32,000 nt of DNA from assembly GCF_000013905.1 (NCBI RefSeq), contig NC_007969.1, positions 150,001-182,000 of the forward strand, read 5' to 3'. A program made the translations under genes and the position numbers. How positions within the stretch are numbered: the stretch's first letter is position 1; every line of letters begins with the position of its first letter. The DNA comes from Psychrobacter cryohalolentis K5. GTDB lineage: Bacteria > Pseudomonadota > Gammaproteobacteria > Pseudomonadales > Moraxellaceae. Shown here piece after piece: positions 29,116 through 32,000 of this stretch. The notes beneath the pieces are model-generated. The model was not told the origin of the DNA. It was given only the letters and a program-made list of their open reading frames with translations, and ran no database searches.

Positions 29116-29781
29116 ATGTGGAATAACACCCTACAGACCCTTATGGTCAGTACGATAATGGCAGTTGGCGTGTCGTTAAGCGCCTGTGATAACAATAAAA
29201 GCAGCGAAGTATCAACAGAGGAAGTAAGTGCTGACAAGCAGACCGTCTCCGATACACCAAAACCAAAAGACCCTGCGCCAAATGCTGATTTAGATGGCGC
29301 TACCGCGCAAGAGGGCACCCCAGTCAAATATGATGTCGCGTCATGGGGTCCTAAGAAAGTTGAGCCGCTTCGTGTCGATCAACTAGACGATATCAAATCA
29401 ACACTTGGTAAAGTGGTCAGCACCGATGAAAATAGCTTGGATTATGCCAGTAATCCTGCGTCCAAATACCGCTTTATGAATACCGAAGCACCTTATTTAG
29501 ATCTTATCGATTCTGAAAAATATCTCGAGCTTGGTTGGTATTTTGCCAATCCTACCGACTCGGATAAAGAAAAAGAGCTGAGTCAAGGTCATGCCAAAAA
29601 ATCCTACCAACTTGCTCGTCAATTAATGGGTGATGAGGGCGGTAAGCTGGTGGCTGATATGCTAAGCGGTCAAATTATCAAAAATAAAGTCATCGGTGGG
29701 CAAAAAGTAGAGCTGGCAAAATGTGAGTTTTATAGCTGTATGCTGGTTATCAATAAGTCTGCTAGCCAAAAAAATCAGTAA
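29116..29781 (+). CDS. Lipoprotein of unknown function
   Basis: Signal peptide with lipobox: MWNNTLQTLMVSTIMAVGVSLSAC|DNN. The mature N-terminal linker is S/E/P-rich. The stop lies 3 nt before the pabC ATG. A GTG at 29101 is an alternative start. Confidence 0.6.
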   Translation: MWNNTLQTLMVSTIMAVGVSLSACDNNKSSEVSTEEVSADKQTVSDTPKPKDPAPNADLDGATAQEGTPVKYDVASWGPKKVEPLRVDQLDDIKSTLGKVVSTDENSLDYASNPASKYRFMNTEAPYLDLIDSEKYLELGWYFANPTDSDKEKELSQGHAKKSYQLARQLMGDEGGKLVADMLSGQIIKNKVIGGQKVELAKCEFYSCMLVINKSASQKNQ

Positions 29782-29784
29782 GCC

Positions 29785-30795
29785 ATGCAGCCATCAAATA
29801 GCTGGGTTTGTTTAACGGCATTAGACAAGCAGACCACAGCCAGTACCGCCTCATTAGACAATCGCGGCTTGGCATACGCCGATGGTTTTTTTACCACCAT
29901 GGGCGTTATCAATGGGCAGATACTGTGGGCGGAGTATCATCATCAGCGTCTCATCTCTCATGCCAAAGCCTTGCAGCTTGATTTAGACCACTGCTCTTTA
30001 TTATCTATCTTGCAAATGCATGCGCAGCAGCTACAACAAGGTATGCTAAAGCTTGTCATCACACGCGCCGCGCAAGATATCCGTGGTTATGGCTATACGC
30101 CAAGTGAGTGCGGTAGCACATGTGAGATTTGGCTAAAATCCTTGGCGATGAAGGTTAGCACTACTGAGCCATTGCCGTTAGCTGATGGTATTTTTGTTCC
30201 GATGCAGCCTATGAGCACTGCTGTTTGTTTATCTTCGCAAATCGCTTGTCTGCCGTCGTCTCTTGCTGGACTCAAAAGTCTAAATCGTCTTGATAATGTG
30301 TTGGCGAGTGCAGAGTTGCAGGATATCAAAGCTCGTTCATTAAACTCTAATGGCTCGCAAGATATTGGTGAGGGCTTGTTACGTGATATGACTGGGTGCT
30401 GGGTTGAGGGCACGATGAGCAATATGTTTTATCAATTATCTGATTGCCGACTGGTAGAGTCGCCATCTTCAGAGATGATAAATACGGCTAATGATGATAA
30501 AGATAGTGCTGATAAAAACAAGGCTGCTAAAGGCAACGCAAATTATTTAACCCAAGGTCAATGGTATACGTCATCAATGGCACAATCGGGCGTCGCTGGG
30601 GTGATGCGGCAAGTAATTATTGATGAGTTATCTACGACGAAATATCCAGTTGTTGTGCGGTCATTACAAGATAAGGATTTGCCACAGCTTCAGCAGCTGT
30701 TCTTTTGCAATGCGTTACGCGGTATTATGCCAATGACCAGTCTGACGTTACTGTCGGGTGAAATAGTGAGTTTTAAGCGATTTAATCATATTTAA
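29785..30795 (+). CDS. pabC: Aminodeoxychorismate lyase (class IV PLP enzyme) PabC
   Basis: NRGLAYADGFFTT matches the recalled E. coli DRxxQFGDGCFTT. GLKSLNRLDNVL carries the catalytic Lys and matches GxKHLNRLEQVL. There is a ~35-aa D/K/N-rich insert. Confidence 0.75.
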   Translation: MQPSNSWVCLTALDKQTTASTASLDNRGLAYADGFFTTMGVINGQILWAEYHHQRLISHAKALQLDLDHCSLLSILQMHAQQLQQGMLKLVITRAAQDIRGYGYTPSECGSTCEIWLKSLAMKVSTTEPLPLADGIFVPMQPMSTAVCLSSQIACLPSSLAGLKSLNRLDNVLASAELQDIKARSLNSNGSQDIGEGLLRDMTGCWVEGTMSNMFYQLSDCRLVESPSSEMINTANDDKDSADKNKAAKGNANYLTQGQWYTSSMAQSGVAGVMRQVIIDELSTTKYPVVVRSLQDKDLPQLQQLFFCNALRGIMPMTSLTLLSGEIVSFKRFNHI

Positions 30796-30834
30796 AAAGG
30801 GCAGCCTAGAGCTGAGCGTTATAACGAAAAGCGT

Positions 30835-31597
30835 TTAATATAATTTTTGATAATGACCACGACCCAAAAACTTAATAATGCCTCTATCGCGTAATATTTG
30901 TAATTGCTGACGGATTTTATCTTTAATGTGGTTGTTTTCAGGATATTTGAGTTTTAATAAGTCGGCAAACGCATAAACCTGATTGAGAGAAATTAGCCTC
31001 TAGCTTATCAATACATTGCAGTATATCTAGTGTCCAGCCGCGTGAGGCGATAGATTGTGTACGTAAAAATAAGGTTTTTTGAAATTGCTCAGTGACATTA
31101 TCTCGTGGTATGACCTGCTGGTCTTTGACTAAAAATACTTTTCCTGATTCGGGCACTTTGCGCAAGTCAATATTACAGCCAACCCAGCCCGCACGTTTGG
31201 CAGTAACGGATAACGGTTTGCGTTTTATAATCATGTCGGGCTTGAAGAATTGTTTGGGAATGATTAAGAAGTTATTAACCCTATATTCTTGAGAGTAGGT
31301 CAAAAAGAAAAAGCTGGGATTATCCTTGCTATTGATACGTTCAATCATGGTGGCATAAGCGCCATCATTAATAATGTTACTTAATTTAGCCTTCTTACTT
31401 TTTAATTCGTATTGCTCATCACAGTTTGCACAATAAAAGTCAGCGACAGGTTTGCCGTTCGTAAATGCAGCCAATGGTTCGGTATTACAATTAGGACAAT
31501 AACTTTGCTTAGCTACCCAATCTTCGCTAAGCACACGAATTTTTTGAGGTTCAGATTTATATTTTTTGGCAAGACTTTGATTAAAATTTAGGTTCAT
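30835..31597 (-). pseudogene. DpnI-family N6-methyladenine-dependent (type IIM) restriction endonuclease, split by a frameshift near 30985-30993
   Basis: Frame A (31597..30938) encodes KYKSEPQKIRVLSEDWVAKQSYCPNCNTEPL...PVADFYCANCDEQYELKSKK...INDGAYATMIERI...NPSFFFLTY...RKPLSVTAKRAGWVGCNIDL...SRGWTLDILQCIDKLE, collinear with recalled S. pneumoniae R.DpnI. Frame B (30999..30835) encodes ISLNQVYAFADLLKLKYPENNHIKDKIRQQLQILRDRGIIKFLGRGHYQKLY*, which matches the DpnI C-terminal winged-helix domain. Confidence 0.75.
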
Positions 31598-31766
31598 AGC
31601 CCGTTTTCTTATTAAAGGAAAGATTTGAAGTGATAAATAAGCGATATGAGTATTAAGCCATATAAATGAGCTTAAACGCTAAGTTAATGGATAAGCTAAG
31701 CAAATCCCATTGAAAAATAAGCGGTTCAGTGCTAAATTCTAGCAAACTTCTGCCTCGCGAGTGACC

Positions 31767-32000
31767 ATGAGCACGCCAACCCCTGAAACGCCTCCTGAAC
31801 GTCCTGATGATACGCTATCGAATGACCAAAAAGGTACTGCTGACGAGCGTATCGACGGGGTACCTTTGAATTCAAAGCCAGTCGATGAGACAGGTGTAGA
31901 GGAAGTTCCGCCTACAGATGTCTCGCTCATAAGTGGTAATAATAAACCACGTCATTATAAAGCCGATAACCCTTCATTCTTTATGCAGCGCGGTTATCAA
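31767..32000 (+). CDS. 5' part of an ORF with a P/E/D/T-rich N-terminus; product unknown (mltG is only a synteny guess after pabC)
   Basis: An ATG at 31767 is followed by 78 sense codons running to the window edge. The opposite-strand track ORF (31739..31930) looks like an antisense shadow. No recognisable motif lies within the visible part. Confidence 0.4.
   Translation, partial: MSTPTPETPPERPDDTLSNDQKGTADERIDGVPLNSKPVDETGVEEVPPTDVSLISGNNKPRHYKADNPSFFMQRGYQ

Noticed and set aside
31739-31930. Minus-strand 63-aa ORF at the right edge.
   Set aside because: It is the antisense shadow of a plus-strand ORF that starts at 31767 and stays open to the window end. Its S/G/T/V-rich translation is typical of the reverse complement of a P/E/D/T-rich coding region.

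Overview
This window looks like chromosomal, mostly housekeeping DNA. Gene content and the N/Q/S/D-rich inserts in conserved proteins suggest a Moraxellaceae, Psychrobacter-like gammaproteobacterium; that assignment is inference only. I can support about 29 protein-coding genes: panC (3' part), rapZ, yjgA, dsbA, ubiG, a HAD phosphatase, yciK, ybiI, a COG0523 GTPase, ompR, tex, a small secreted repeat protein, a saccharopine-dehydrogenase-like reductase, a DUF1328 small membrane protein (absent from the ORF track), phhB, a YjdJ-type GNAT, a desaturase plus reductase pair, ettA, plsB, ybaK, a CHMI-family isomerase, a long acyl-CoA dehydrogenase, a FUSC-like membrane protein, aroE, a lipoprotein, pabC, and a 5'-partial ORF at the right edge. 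Six clear rho-independent terminators sit mainly between convergent genes. I found no rRNA, tRNA, CRISPR array, IS element, transposase or integrase. I do not see a convincing new multi-gene system. The one clearly accessory element is a single-gene islet between pabC and the next gene. It carries a DpnI-family (methyl-adenine-dependent, type IIM) restriction endonuclease whose catalytic and winged-helix halves lie in different reading frames, split at a (TC)3 tract. Secondary leads are: ompR with a COG0523 GTPase where envZ would be expected; a 15-bp perfect tandem duplication across that GTPase's stop codon; a small acidic secreted repeat protein next to unusually long AT-rich spacers; and an uncharacterised lipoprotein gene tightly coupled to pabC. 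All family calls come from motif recognition and recalled homologues. No alignments or searches were run.
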